Shown here one piece after another: positions 14,095 through 28,529 of a stretch of DNA of 64,000 bases. A program made the translations under genes and the position numbers. The first letter of the stretch is position 1. Each line of letters starts with the position of its first letter. The stretch comes from Octopus vulgaris (taxonomy: Eukaryota): assembly GCA_951406725.2 (NCBI GenBank), contig OX597838.1:27714001-27778000 (forward strand), in the 5' to 3' direction. The notes under the pieces are model-generated. The model worked only from the letters and a program-made list of their open reading frames with translations, had not been told where the DNA came from and searched no databases.

Positions 14095-14660
14095 TCTTTT
14101 ATTTGTTTCAGTCATTTGACTGCGGCCATGCTGGAGCACCGCCTTTAGTCGAACAAGTCGACCCCAGGACATATTCTTTGTAAGACTAGTACTTATTTCT
14201 TTACTACCCACAAGGGGCTAAACACAGAGGGGACAAACAAGGACAGACAAACGGATTAAGTCGATTATATCGACCCCAGTGCGTGACTGGTACTTATTTA
14301 ATCGACCCCGAGAGGATGAAAGGCAAAGTCGACCTCGGCGGAATTTGAACTCGTACTTATTCTATTTGAACTAGTACTTATTCTATTGGTCTCTTTTGCC
14401 AAACTGCTAAGTTACGGGGACGTAAACACACCAACATTGGTTGCTTAGCGATGGTGGGGCAACAGACACAGACACACTCACAAATATATATATACACGGC
14501 AGGCTTCCTTCAATTTCCATCAACCAAATCCACTCACAAGGCTTCGGTCGGCCCTGGGCTATAGCAGAAGACACTTGCCCGAGGTACCACACAGTGGGAC
14601 TGAACCTGGAACCATGTGGTTGGGAAGCAAGCTACTTACTACACAGACACTCCTGCACCT
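14095..14660 (-). mobile_element. SINE family A interrupted by a family B fragment
   Basis: Family A reverse complement with a family B segment at about 14195-14352. Confidence 0.85.
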
Positions 14661-14701
14661 ATATATAAATATATATCTTTATGTATTTACATGCATGTTT
14701 G

Positions 14702-14732
<31 letters not shown>

Positions 14733-14889
14733 TTATATGTACATGTGTATGTATATGTATGATGGAGATGTATCCATTTGTTCATGTCTATCTGTAAATT
14801 TGTATACTTGTGTGTGTGTATGTGTGTGTTTATGTTTGCATCTTGTTGTCTATGCCCGTGTGTCCGACTGTCTGAGAGCATATGGTATT

Positions 14890-15195
14890 TAATTTTTATT
14901 ATCATTATTATTATTATTTTTATTATTATTATTATCATTATTATTATTTTTATTATTATTATTATCATTATTATAATCATTATTATTATAATCATTATTA
15001 TTATTATTTTTATTATTATCATTATTATTATCATTATTATTATCATTATTATTATTTTTATTTTTATTATCATTGTTATTATTATTATTATTATTATTTT
15101 TTTATTATTATTATCATTATTATTATTTTTATTTTTATTATCATTATTATTATCATTATTATTATTATTATCATTATTATTATTATTGTTATTTT
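14890..15195. repeat. (ATT/ATC)n microsatellite
   Basis: Directly visible. A similar tract lies at 63420-63570. Confidence 0.97.
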
Positions 15196-15320
15196 CTAAA
15201 CCATTGTTTTCTCCATCAAATATAATTCCTTTGAAAAATGTATACCAGCAACCTACAGCACACACAGACAACATACATAAGCACACACTACTGACTATGC
15301 TCTTCGACCTCAATCATTTT

Positions 15321-15362
<42 letters not shown>

Positions 15363-15529
15363 ATATGTATGTATGTATAACATATATATATATAAAAAAC
15401 AAACAAACACTGTTCTGCTTTATTCCATCTAGCGCCATGGTAAGAATGATGGATGCATTGTAAAGGTATGATAAATCACTTTCCATTGTGTACCGATCAA
15501 GTTTATCTTCTCTACTAGTTTTAGTTTGT

Positions 15530-15560
<31 letters not shown>

Positions 15561-16209
15561 CACCAGCACACCCACCACCACTTACTACTACTACCACCAC
15601 CACCACTACTACTACTACTGTGACTATTAGTACCACATATCACAACTGTGTTTCACCTGTACACAAATTATATCTTATCCGGCCTGTGCTGCTGTTACTG
15701 CAAGCGTTTTTATTCACTCTACGTTGTTCACCAGCACAAACACTTAGCATGATATAATATGATATATAATGTGATATGATATGATATGATATGACATGAT
15801 ATGATGATGATGGCTTGTCTGTATGTGTTTCTGTTGTTGTTGTTTGGTTTTAACAACTTGTGGTAAATGTCAAGATTTTGTTGACTTTTAAACCCCGTCT
15901 TAACCGTCCTCTGCCAATGACCGACGACCGGCTGCCGATAAGCGACAGGTTGTTGTTGTTGTCGTTTGATGCTGGAGAGTATCCTTAAGGGGCCAGGCAG
16001 TCATGTACAAACACACACAGTGGCAACATCTCTGGTTTGCCGTGTTGGTAAGGGAGATAAATGCCAATAAACTTGCGAGTCGAGTCTGTCGAGGAAAATA
16101 AAACAAAAGAAAAAACGAGACCAAAGATGGCTGATTTGAAATAACTTGGTCGCTATGCAAGCTCAGCATTCACCGCGTCTCCCTGCTGTCTTTGAAGTGA
16201 AGGAGATGT

Positions 16210-16485
16210 AATAATGAAATTATTGTATACAGTGCTCAGGTGCACCACAACTTGTCAGAAAGTGCACATAAAGTACATGCAGTAATGTAGAAATGTCTGG
16301 AAAGCGAACAATGTATGAGTCAGATACATGCTTGTGTGTGTATGGAGGGAGAAAATCAGGTGTAGTGTTGGCGAATCTCAGGAAGCATGGAAGTTTTGAA
16401 GGATGCAGTGCTCCAACAACTAACAACTGATGACGGCAGTTTGTTCCATGCTTCAGCAACTCTCAGCGTGAAAAAATGTTTCCTG
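16210..16485 (-). mobile_element. 3' fragment of the same CR1/L2-type LINE
   Basis: Reverse complement of the 49.6-49.87 kb LINE end, including its 3' UTR. Confidence 0.9.
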
Positions 16486-16519
16486 ATGGCTAAATTCACT
16501 ATCAAAAAACAATATTAAT

Positions 16520-16885
16520 AATAATAAGAGCACTCAGTAGGTACAAACCTCCGCCAAGGCAACACCAACATCCTCTCAACGATTAGCCGGAGATGATTTT
16601 TAAAATGAGAATATCTGAATTAAAATCAAATGCTCTCACAATTGAGAATACTAAAAATGAACCTGACTGCTTTCAAAAATTAAGGAAAAATAATCCAGAA
16701 TCCTTGTCCGGTATCAGATCGATCCCAAAATCTTATCAGTTCTTGCAGTCACGAGGCTAAACGTCCCTGAAAGTTTCGTCTGAATCCATCCAGTGATCCT
16801 TGAGACATCATGTCCATGGACAGACAAACAAACAAACAAACAAACACGACTTTAAACAATACCTCGGCCTTCGCTAAGACTGAGC
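16520..16885. mobile_element. Helentron/DINE-like non-autonomous element
   Basis: aataagagcactcag...aacctccgccaaggc start, internal (ACAA)n microsatellite and terminal acctcggcct. Called by resemblance only. Confidence 0.45.
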
Positions 16886-16887
16886 TA

Positions 16888-17292
16888 GGCGCAGGAGTGG
16901 CTGTGTGGTAAGTAGCTTGTTTACCAACCACATGGTTCTGGGTTCAGTCCCACTGCGTGGCACCTTGGGCAAGTGTCTTCTACTATAGCTCCGGGTCAAC
17001 CAAAGCCTTGTGAGTGGATTTGGTAGGCGGAAAATAAAAGAAGCCCGTTGTTTATATATATATATATATATATATATGCGTGTTTGTGTGTCTGTGTTTG
17101 TCCCCCTAGCATTGCTTGACAACCGATGCTGGTGTGTTTATGTCCCCGTTACTTAGCGGTTCGGCAAAAGAGACCAATAGAACAAGTACTAGGCTTACAA
17201 AAGAATATGTCCCAGGGTCGAGTTGCTCGATTAAAGGCGGTGCTCCAGCATGGCCGCAGTCAAATGACTGAAACAAGTAAAAGAGTAAAGAG
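16888..17292 (+). mobile_element. SINE family A, full length
   Basis: Complete head-to-tail match to the other copies. Confidence 0.9.
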
Positions 17293-17299
17293 TAATAAT

Positions 17300-18015
17300 A
17301 GGTTCAAATTTTGATAGAGGGCCAGCAGTTTCTGAGGTGGGGGAAGCAGATTTACAATGATCCCAGTACATGACTGATACCTATTGTACTGAGCCTGAAA
17401 GAATGAAAGGCAAAGTGGACCTCAGCAGAATTTGAATATTAATAATAATTCTTTATTTTGGCACAAGGCCTGTGATTCTGAGGTGGGGTGGGAGGAAATT
17501 GATTACTTTACTGGTACTTTATTTTACCAACCCTGAAAGGATGAAATGCAAAATTGGCCTCAGCAGGATTTGAACTCAGAATGTAAAGAACGAGAATGAG
17601 TGCTGCTATGCCTGTTGACCAACAGGCTACTGATGCCGTCAGTTTGTCCCCTTAATAATCCTTTCCACAATAGGCACATGGTGAGTGGGTAAGTCATTTG
17701 ATACTGACCTCCCAGTACTCATCTGGTACTTGTTTTATCGACCCCGAAAGGATGAAAGGCAAAGTCTACCTCAACAGAATTTGAACTCGGAATATAAAGA
17801 CAAGTGAAATGCCCCTAAGCATTTTAACTGGCATGCTAAAAATTCTGCCTGCTCACCATCTTAAAAAAGATTTCTAATTTAAACTTCAGTCCAGCAGTTT
17901 TGCGGTGAGGGGCTTAGCTGATACTAATAGCTCTAGTACTTGACAGCTGTTTTATTATATCGACCCCAAAAGGATGGAAGGCAAAGTTGACCATGGCTGG
18001 ATTTGAACTCTGAAT
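17300..18015 (-). mobile_element. Cluster of SINE family B copies
   Basis: Four reverse-complement copies of the gaaaggatgaaaggcaaagt..acctc core. Confidence 0.8.
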
Positions 18016-20310
18016 GTATCATATCATTCTATCAAAACGTCTGTACTTCTAACACACGGTTACATTGCAGGTCTACTTCTCTCAAGTGTTTCAGACTCTC
18101 AGCAGCTTACCAACATGTCTTTAACTTGCCAAATTTCCCTTTCATGCCTGTTGAAGGTCTGATAATGAGGTCCAACTAATGTGGTGGTGGTGGTGGTCAG
18201 GGTGTGAAAAGTTAATAAGATAAGGGAAAATGCTTTGAAGTGTAGAGGACCCACATATGCAAATTAATTGTAGACACCAAACAACTGTACTTACAAGCTG
18301 TCCCTTTGCTGTATGCCTTTCTCAGATAATGTGTTACATAACATAATGTATTCAATCATATTGATGTTCTTTTGAAGAAGCAGGTACTCTGTATCATGGC
18401 CATGTATGCAGTTACCACAAATGAAAATTTAGAGCCCTGACCATGTGGTACATTATAATGATACATCCACATGGTGCATCACATTGACACATTCATAGAG
18501 TACATTACAAAAAACTTTTGTAAGATACATTAGAATGAGTCATCCATGTGGTATAACAGTACAGTGGAATCACCCATGTACCACATGAATGAATTACTGT
18601 GAATCATTCATGTGGTACATGGCAGTGAATTTCCCTTGTGGTACATCACTGTGATCCATCCACATAGTACATTATTGGGGCTGTTTTTGGATTACATCAC
18701 TGTGAACTATCCATGTGGTACATTATTGGAGCTGTTCATGTGGTACTCTACTGTAATCCATCCATGATGATGATCATCATCATCTCTTAACGTCTGTTTT
18801 CCATGTTGGCATGGGTTGGACAGTTTGACAGGGGCTGATAAAGCCAGGAGCCACACTAGACTCCATAGTTCATTTCTGTATGGTTTCTACAGCCAGCTGC
18901 CCTTCCTAATGCCAACCACCTTACAATCACTGGCTGCTTTTCACGTGGCGCAATCACCAATGCTTTTTACATGGCACCATCACCAGTGATGTACATTATT
19001 ATCATCCATCCATGTGGTACCTCACATTAAACCATTTTTGTGGTACCATATGAAACACTCTTCTAATAGTTTCACCATATTGTAGCTATGTTCTTGTGGT
19101 ACTGTTGGTTGGAAGGGGGTGATTTCTTAAAGATCTTCCATTCATTTGGGTTTTTTCTTCTTGATTCATCTCTTATGAAATATGTATGGGTGTGTGTATG
19201 TATGTATGTAGGTAGGTATATATATATGTGTGTATTTGTATGTATGTATGTATAATGATCATCTGTGCAATAAATAAATATGGATTGTATATTCTTAAAC
19301 GGGGGCCGCAGTTCCCTAATTCATTACATATGTTTATCCCTCTATCAATATTAATACTTGTATTTATATTCATGTGGCCTTAATATCAAAATATCTCTCC
19401 CTCTCATAGATATTGATATATACAAACACACACATAAATATGTGTATGTATATGTATTCATATACATATTTGTACATATGTACGTATATATATATATATA
19501 TGTTTGTATATGCATATAAATATATATATTTATATGTGTATATGTATTCATATATGCATATATATACATTTATGTATGTGTATATACATATATGTGTATA
19601 TATATATATATGTATGTACATATGTGTGTATATATGTATATGTAAATATATGTATGTATGTACATATGTGTGTATATATGTATATGTAAATATATGTATG
19701 TATATACATATGTGTGTGTACACATATGTATATACATATATGTGTGTATGTATATGTAAATATGTATATATATATATATACACATATATGTATGTATACG
19801 TAAATACATATATGTATATACATGTATGTATATACATTTATTTATGTGTATATACATTTATGTATATATATGTATATATGTATATGTATACACATGTATA
19901 TACATATGTGTGTATGTATATGTATATACACACACAAAAGTATGTATATACACATATCTGTATGTATATATGTATATATATATGCACTGATGTATGTATA
20001 TATATATATATATATATAGGTATGTATTGCAAATCCGATAGTGCTTATTTCACTCCAGTTACTGGCATCAACTCACTCATACACTGCCTTATAGTGACAA
20101 GCTCTACCGGATTATTTAACCACTGGCCATTTCCATAAATCTAGTGCAGATGTATTCTAAGTACCAAATCCCAGCGGGGCTATTCCTTCCAAGAATGAAG
20201 GAAAGGAAGAAAGATCAGCATTTGGTTTCAAAGTTACAACACTGAGTATAGTGTGGCTAGCTCTCGTTTATCTAGACATTCCTGTGCAAGACAAAAGAGA
20301 ACAAACATTA

Positions 20311-20345
<35 letters not shown>

Positions 20346-20447
20346 GAGTGAGAGAGCAGTGCATGCCATCAAAGTAACACTGGGGTAAAATATATAAAGC
20401 CCACTATACCCATCATGACTACCCGTCTGATAAGGGTACATGCATCA

Positions 20448-20790
20448 CAACCATGTGGTTCCGGGTTCAGTCCCACTGCGTGGCATCTTGGGCAAGTGTC
20501 TTCTGCTATTGTCCCGGGCCGACCAATGCCTTGTGAGTGGATTTGGTAGACGGAAACTGAAAGAAGCCTGTCGTATATATTTATATGTATGTGTGTGTTT
20601 GTCCCCCTAGCATTGCTTGACAACCGATGCTAGTGTGTTTACGTCACCGTCACCATAGCGGTTCGGCAAAAGAGACCGATAGAATAAGTACTGGGCTTAC
20701 AAAAGAATAAGTCCCGGGGGTCGATTTGCTCGACTAAAGGCGGTGCTCCAGCATGGCCGCAGTCAAATGACTGAAACAAGTAAAAGAGAG
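20448..20790 (+). mobile_element. SINE family A, 5'-truncated
   Basis: Family match. Confidence 0.88.
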
Positions 20791-21257
20791 AAAAAAAGAG
20801 TATGATGCCGAGAAGGGAAAATTATTCTTTGAAACAATAATAATGAGATCTATTCCACTGAAGCGTATCCACGTTCACGCATGACAAAACCTCTTTGTGC
20901 ACAACCGTGCCGACGTTAGCACATGAGCAGGCAATGTTTACATACGTATTAGATCATCGCTTAGGAAGCGATAAATATTAGCTCCGCTTGTAAACGAGTT
21001 TTCACCTTGCCAGAACGATATACGATATTGTCATCGTCATCATCGTTGTTGTTGTTGCTGCTGTTGTCTTATTGCTATATGTTGAGTGCATATAAACCCC
21101 TTTTTGCCTTGTCACATTGCATCTTCATTTTCTGCAAGCTTGATGTTTGTCAATTTCGACACAGTTCAATTCGTTATCTCCATCACACTCGTTAAGATAT
21201 TTTCTATTTATTTATTTATTTATTCATCTATTTTGTTTTGTTTTGTTTTGTTTGTTT

Positions 21258-21462
21258 ACTCTCTTTTACTCTTTTACTTGTTTCAGTCATTTGACTGCGG
21301 CCGTGCTGGAGCACCGCCTTTAATCGAGCAACTCGACCCCGGGACTTATTCTTTTCTAAGCCCAGTACTTATTCTATCACTCCCTTTTGCCGAACCGCTA
21401 AGTGACGGGGACATAAACACACCAGCATCGGTTGTCAAGCAATGCTAGGGTGACAAACACAG

Positions 21463-21493
<31 letters not shown>

Positions 21494-21665
21494 CATATAT
21501 ACGACGGGCTTCTTTCAGTTTCTGTCTACCAAATCCACTCACAAGGCTTTGGTCAGCCCGAGGCTATAGCAGAAGACACTTGCCCAAGGTGCCACGCAGT
21601 GGGACTGAACCCGGAACCATGTGGTCGGTAAACAGGCTACTTACCACACAGCCACTCCTGCGCCT
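21258..21665 (-). mobile_element. SINE family A, full length
   Basis: Family match on the minus strand. Confidence 0.9.
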
Positions 21666-24600
21666 ATGTTTGTTTTTGTTTTAAACTTTGGAATTTGTGT
21701 TTGTTGCTTTCTGCACATCAGGCTTTGATGTGCAGTTGCAGTTGCGTCTATAGCTGCAACAAGTGCAACAATAGTAAGCAAGTGAGGGAAGCCCCAACCT
21801 GCTAGAAATGGCAGCTAAATTTCTCAGATCAAATTTCATCACCATTAAAAAAAAAAGTAAATGAAAATATTTAAAAAATGACATGCTGAATTTGGTAGTC
21901 CTTCGAGGCACAGAGAGGCAGGATGGGCAAGGCTAGAACATCTTTAGTTACAAGTCTGACAGTTCATATGAAGATAAACCATCACAGCTGGAAACAAATG
22001 TAGTTTTTTGGGGTTTTTTTTACACAGGAAACTCATAGTTTTCATATTGTTCTGAAAAGTGTTAGCAACATAAGTGGTTGGCAATGGGTGGTTAGCAACA
22101 AAAGTTATAGTAGTTAGCAACAAAAGTGTTAGTTGTTGGGAATGCAAATAAAGTATTTATCACCACAAAGTAGGACTGTGTTGGTAACAGGCTTAGTTAG
22201 CAACACAAGTACAGTAGTTAACAATACTGGTGGAGCAGTTAACAAGTAGCTAGCAACACTGCAAAGTGGCACTGACTGCACACATATTAGTGGTTAGCAA
22301 CACAAAGTAATTAACTGCACAAGTATTGGCTAGTAGCACAAAGCAAAGAAGCGTTAGCAACACTAAGTACGTTAGTGTCAGTAACAGAAATAGTCATTGC
22401 TAAAAATCGAAAGCGCTCTACCAGAATAATACCAACAACAATAGTGATTTCTATACTAAGTACAAGGCCACACTGATTTTGTTACTTTGTGGTGACCCCA
22501 ATACATGATTGAGAGCCTATGTTATTGACTTTGAAAGGATGTTTCTACAGCTGGATGCCCTTCCTAATGCCAACCACTCCGAGAGTGTAGTGGGTGCTTT
22601 TCACATGCCACTGGCACAGGAGCCAGTCAGGCGGGCCTGACATTGATCATTTTTGGATAGTGCTTTTCATGTGCCACTGGCACAGAAGCCAGTTCAGTGG
22701 ACCCTGGCATCGCCCATGTTTGGATGGTGCTTTTTTACGTGCCACCAGCACAGGAGCCAGTCAGGTGGGGGGGGGGGCACTAGTCATAGCTACGATATTG
22801 GGTGCTTTTTACATGCACAGGAGCCAGTCAGGCGGGCCTGGCATTGATCATGTTTGGATAGAGCTTTTTATGTGCCACTGGCACAGGAGCCAGTTCAGTG
22901 GACCTGGCATCGACCACGTTTGGATGGTGCTTTTTTACGTGCCACCAAGCATAGGAGCCAGTTGGGGATGGGGCACTAGTCATAGCTACGATATTGGTTT
23001 TACTTGACTCAACAGGTCTTCTCAAGCATATCATAAGCTTTTACAAAACACGATCAGTGAGATAGCATGTTTCTATGAGAAATGACGGAAAAGCAACACT
23101 GTATTTGCATGTGTGTTTGTGTGTCTGTACATGTATAATCATGTATGTATGAAACCATCTGTCGCAATAATTGCCCTTGTGGAATAATTAATATCTGACG
23201 TTACCATGGCTACAACTGAATGTATCCAACAATTTAGAAATATTGTTGGTAAAGCATTCCAATGAAAATATCGTCTACACACACACATAATGGAGCTGAT
23301 GTTTGTCCTCCAGGTATGGGTGGAGAAAGGACAGCATTAAACCTCTGCAGTGTTGTCAAGATCAGCTGCCCAACACATGCTAACCTCTCACATGAAGTTA
23401 TGAGAAACGGACGACTGCTACCAACAAATTATTGTTTAGAACATACAGCTTATTATATGTGTGTGTGTATGTGCATATATGCATACATTTGCATGTATAT
23501 ATGTGTGTGTGTGTGTGTGTGTATTCATATACATATGTATGTACTTGTGTATATATATAAATGTACACAGACACACACATGTATGTGTTCATGTATATAT
23601 ATGTTGCATACACTCACACACACTGTCCAGAAAGTTTTAACCAAATCTGATCAGAAATTATTGATCGGTGTCTGTGGATGTTTTCGTGTGTAATTTTCTG
23701 AAATTAGAATGATTAATTAATTATTAATCAATCGCTGGCTAATTTTTAAATAAATTTATATTAAACTTACTGGATATCCATCATAATAATTCTTTCTAAT
23801 TTTGTCTGAAGGACAGCAATTAGACAGGGAGCAGTCGATTACATTGACCCCAGGACTTGACTGATACTTTACTGACCTTGAAGTGATGAAGGCCAAAGTT
23901 AGCCTTGGTAGGATTTGAACTCAGAATCTAAAACATTGCTAAGCGTTTTGCTCTATGCATTAATTCCTTCATGATATTAGTTCCTAATAGATTTATCCCT
24001 CACCTGCTTTAACACCACCACCTGGTCCTTTAGTGCCTGTGGTGGGACCCATTGTGTTGTAAGCATTCAGGCCAGATCACCAGTCTGAGAACTCCCTCCC
24101 ATCAGCCGTAAAACAGGCGGAATATTTGAGCCAGATGTGGCCAGAGACTGTTTGGCTGTTACATCTAGCAGATCAAGCATATGCTATCACTGATCTGTAG
24201 CAACCTAATGCATTAACTTGCTGTCTTACCATATTTATAGCAAAACTGCAGGAATTTCTCTAGAATTGCAAATTGTTCTCGTTGTAACCAAAATTTTCAT
24301 TAAAAATCTGTAGCCGTTATTTAGTTCCTGTACTTCCTGGTCAGTCCTTGACCATCTTGTTTAAGTGGGGGTGATGGCTGCATAATGCATGTAGGACTGT
24401 ATTATTCAATGTGTCCTTGCGGTTTTTTTTTTAATGGTACAGAGTAATATGCAGGGGATTTGGCTGCTAATTCTAGCAAGTCGAGTGACCGTGTGGTGTG
24501 GAGGCTTCCTCGTTAGCATGTATCTATAATTGCTTTATCTGATGGTGTAATGAGATGTTGTTAGGAACACAGGCTTCACAAATCAGCAACGTCTTGGAGA

Positions 24601-24699
24601 TAATGGTAATGGGATGGAATTACCAATTGCTTACGTGATCAGTACAAGTCTGTATGTATATATATGTATGGGCATAACGGTGATGTGTGTGTGTGTGTA

Positions 24700-25563
24700 T
24701 CTATATATATAAAGCTGTGAGCTGGCAGAAACGTTAGCACGCTGGGCGAAATGCGTAGCCGTATTTCATCTGCCGTTACGTTCTAGGTTCAAATTCCATC
24801 GAGGTTGACTTTGCCTTTCATCCTTTCAGGGTCGATAAAGTAAGTACCAGTTACACACTGGGGTCAATGTAATCGACTTAATCCGTTTGTCTGTCTTTGT
24901 TTGTCCTCTCTGTGTTTAGCCCCTTGTGGGTAAGTATATATAGAAATATATATATATATATATATAAAGCTGAAGTTGTCTGTGTGTGTGTGGCAGGTTT
25001 GGTAGCCTTCAACTAATACTATCTCCTCCGAGACCCTGTGGCGCAAGTTGACCAAAATTGAGAGTGTGATAGAAGGTTTGCTCTTCATTCCGTAGAAGAA
25101 AAAATTCAAATCGGACCATGTTAAGACCAAAAATTATTTACATCAAAAAGGTGCTTTTTTTTCTATGAAAATCCCTATTTTTTAACTGATTGAAAGGCAT
25201 TCCAGCCATGACCATCTTGTTTGAGTGGGGGTGGTGGCTGCATAATGCATGTAGGACTGTATTATTCAATGTGTCCTTGTGTTTTTTTTTTTAATGGTAC
25301 AGAGTAATATGCTGGGGATTTGGCTGCTATTTCTAATTACAGGTAATTTTTTTCTCCATAATGTTATTAGAAGGAATATTAACCAACAATTGAAGTTGGC
25401 ATTACACATTTGCAGCACATTCCGAGCAAATTCGAGCATCGCCACACTATACTTTTATTCATAGATTGAAACTATGTCAAAACTTTGTTAATGTGACATC
25501 AAAGTCTGCTGTTTTAAGTGCAACTAAAAAACAAACCTGAGCAACGCCGGGCTATACTGCTAG
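24700..25563 (+). mobile_element. Non-autonomous Helitron with an internal SINE
   Basis: A|TC 5' end (tctatatatataaagctg), 3' GC-rich hairpin cctgagcaacgccggg and CTAG|T end. A SINE at about 24718-24945 is flanked by duplicated tatataaagctg. Confidence 0.7.
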
Positions 25564-25734
25564 TACATATATATAATTGGAAAAAAAATTTGAAGTCAAC
25601 AAGGAGAAGGTGGACAAGCTTTATACTATAAACCCCAGAGTTTCATTGGTACATAATTTATCAACTCCAAAAGGATGCCAGGCAAAGTTGACATTGGCAC
25701 TTTTTATCAAAGGCACAGGGCTTGAAATTTTGGG

Positions 25735-26040
25735 AGAGGAGACTAGTCGATTACATCAACCCCAGTATTTCACTGGTACTTAATAATTCTTTATACTATA
25801 GGCCCAAGGCCTAAGGTTTTGTGGGCAGGGGAGTAGTTCATTACATCGACCCCAGTGTTTCACTGGTACTTAAGAATTCTTTATACTATAGGCCCAAGGC
25901 CTAAGGTTTTGTGGGCAGGGGAATAGTTCATTACATTGACCCCAGTATTTCACTGGTACTTAATAATTCTTTATACTATAGGCCCTAGGCCTAAGGTTTT
26001 GTGGGCAGGGGAATAGTTCATTACATTGACCCCAGGGCTC
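25735..26040. repeat. 90-bp tandem repeat, about 3.5 copies
   Basis: taataattctttatactataggcccaaggcctaagg...cactggtact repeated. Derived from a SINE B tail. Confidence 0.93.
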
Positions 26041-26859
26041 AACTGATATTTATTTCATGACCTTCTTAACCTCGGCGGGGTTTGAACTCAGGCTTAAAAA
26101 AGGGGACAAAATGCCACTAAACCTATTTCAAACATGCTAATGATTCTGCCATCTTGTCACTTTAAAAACAATAATAATAATGTAGTATAATATGTAACCA
26201 CAAGGGATATTCCATCAGATGGATGGAAATCAATTTCTAGCAGAAGATGGCACTGTGCCTCCATTACACTGGATTATGACAACAACTGACTCTTTTGTAA
26301 TTTTGCTATTCATTTTCAGCCTCGTACACACAGATCATGGAGGCATCTTCTTCTGTTCACCCGTCTCCCCTTTGAACAGAACAGTTTCTCTATTTTCTTC
26401 AGATCCATCTGCTGGTCTTTATGTATTCACATTGTGTAGCGTCATTATTCTGTTTGATAAATTTCTATGACACGGTCCCATTCTGTTCTGTGTGCTGCAC
26501 ATTTTCTTTCCTTTTTTTTTTTCTATTGTGAACAGCTTTAAATTTTACTGCACATGCAAATGCATCTACGATGCACAAGCAGCATATTCCTACAAACTCA
26601 AACTGAATTTGTTTTTCAAAATATTTCATGAATTAATTATATGTTGACTACAACCACACACACACACACACACAAAAACCTCAGTGTTTGTCATTTTGTC
26701 ATTTCACAAATCTATCTCGTATTCATAATTATGCATATTAGTCTTCATTCTTTGCTACTTTTACTCATTTACTTTGTTTCATTAGTTGGACTGTGGCCAT
26801 GCTGGAGCATTGTCTTGAAGGATTTAGCTTATTAAATCAACTGTAATCTATCTTTCTAT

Positions 26860-27069
26860 CTTTTACTTGTTTCAGTCATTTGACTGCGGCCATGCTGGAG
26901 CACCGCCTGTAGTCGAGCAAATCGACCCCGGGACTTATTCTTTGTAAGCCCAGTACTTATTCTATCGGTCTCTTTTGCCGAACCGCTAAGTGACGGAGAC
27001 GTAAACACCAGCATCGGTTGTCAAGCAATGCTAGGGGGACAAACACAGACACACACATACATACACACA

Positions 27070-27121
<52 letters not shown>

Positions 27122-27292
27122 CATATATACGACAGGCTTCTTTCAGTTTCCGTCTATCAAATCCACTCACAAGGCATTGGTCGGCCCGGGGCTATAGCAG
27201 AAGACACTTGCCCAAGATGCCACGCAGTGGGACTGAACCCAGAACCATGTGGTTGGTAAGCAAGCTACTTACCACACAGCCACTCCTGCGCC
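26860..27292 (-). mobile_element. SINE family A, full length
   Basis: Family match on the minus strand. Confidence 0.9.
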
Positions 27293-28442
27293 TATTTGTT
27301 TTCTGTAATATTTGTTTTCTTTTTACTTTTGTCTGGTACTTATCCTCTCAGTCTCTGATGCTGAACCACCTAAGTTATGAGAATGTAAACAAACCGACAC
27401 CAGTTGTCAAGTGGTACAGGAACAAATGCAAAGACACACACACACAGTGATGTCTTGAGTTCTATTTATCCTGTTTGTACTACCAAACACACACACACAT
27501 TTATATACAGAGGATTTTAAGGCCCTTGCATAACTTTTCAGCCAATATATATGTCCGTATATATACTTATATAAAGTAATATTGTATAAAAAAGTGTAAC
27601 TTAGCATAGCAGTTCAACAAAATACAGATCGATAAAGCATGTGACTAAAATCCTTGAATGTGGTGCCCCAGCATGGCAGTAGCCTAATGAATGAAATGGA
27701 TAAAAGAATACATCAAATGATAATCAATCTTGTTTAGAAACTGTGTCCAGCTCACTACTTAGTATTAATCATCCGATTGATCTGATATGCTTTCTGCATC
27801 TTTGAAATGTAATTTTGTTAATGTAAGCACAATGTGTTGAGCGTTCTTTTCTTTCATATGTGTATGTGTGTGTATGTATGTATGTATGTATTCTAGATCA
27901 AGTAAGTTACGTATAACAAACTTAAGAACAACTGATCATACAGTTGAATTATATATGGTTATTGTTCACGAAATAACCTTGTTAAACCATTGTTACTGTA
28001 AGTTTCGAAATTGCCAACTAAGCCCAGACTCACATTAGGTGCCATGTGATTGTACCATGTCAACTGAAGTGATTTGTCCAGGATGTGTACAGAAGGTTGC
28101 TCTGGTCAAGGACACCTTGCTTTAGTGGTTACATGTCATCCAGTATTTGATGAGAGATGTTTGAACTAAAAGTTGACCATATATATGGTGTGTGTGTGTG
28201 TGTGTGTTTGTATGCATACACTCACCTGTGTATGTGTATTTGTATACATATACACACACACACACGTGTGTATGTGTGTGTATGTATATATATGAAAACA
28301 TATACACACACAAATGTGTGAGTTTGTAGATATATATATGCCTGTGTGCGTATATATATATATATATATTCATACACATGCACACACACACACAAATATA
28401 TATATGCATACATACACACAAATATATGTGTATATATGATTA

Positions 28443-28491
<49 letters not shown>

Positions 28492-28496
28492 GTGTT

Positions 28497-28529
<33 letters not shown>

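Noticed and set aside
14687-15380. 200-aa poly-Ile/Leu/Tyr ORFs
   Set aside because: (ATT)n microsatellite artefacts.
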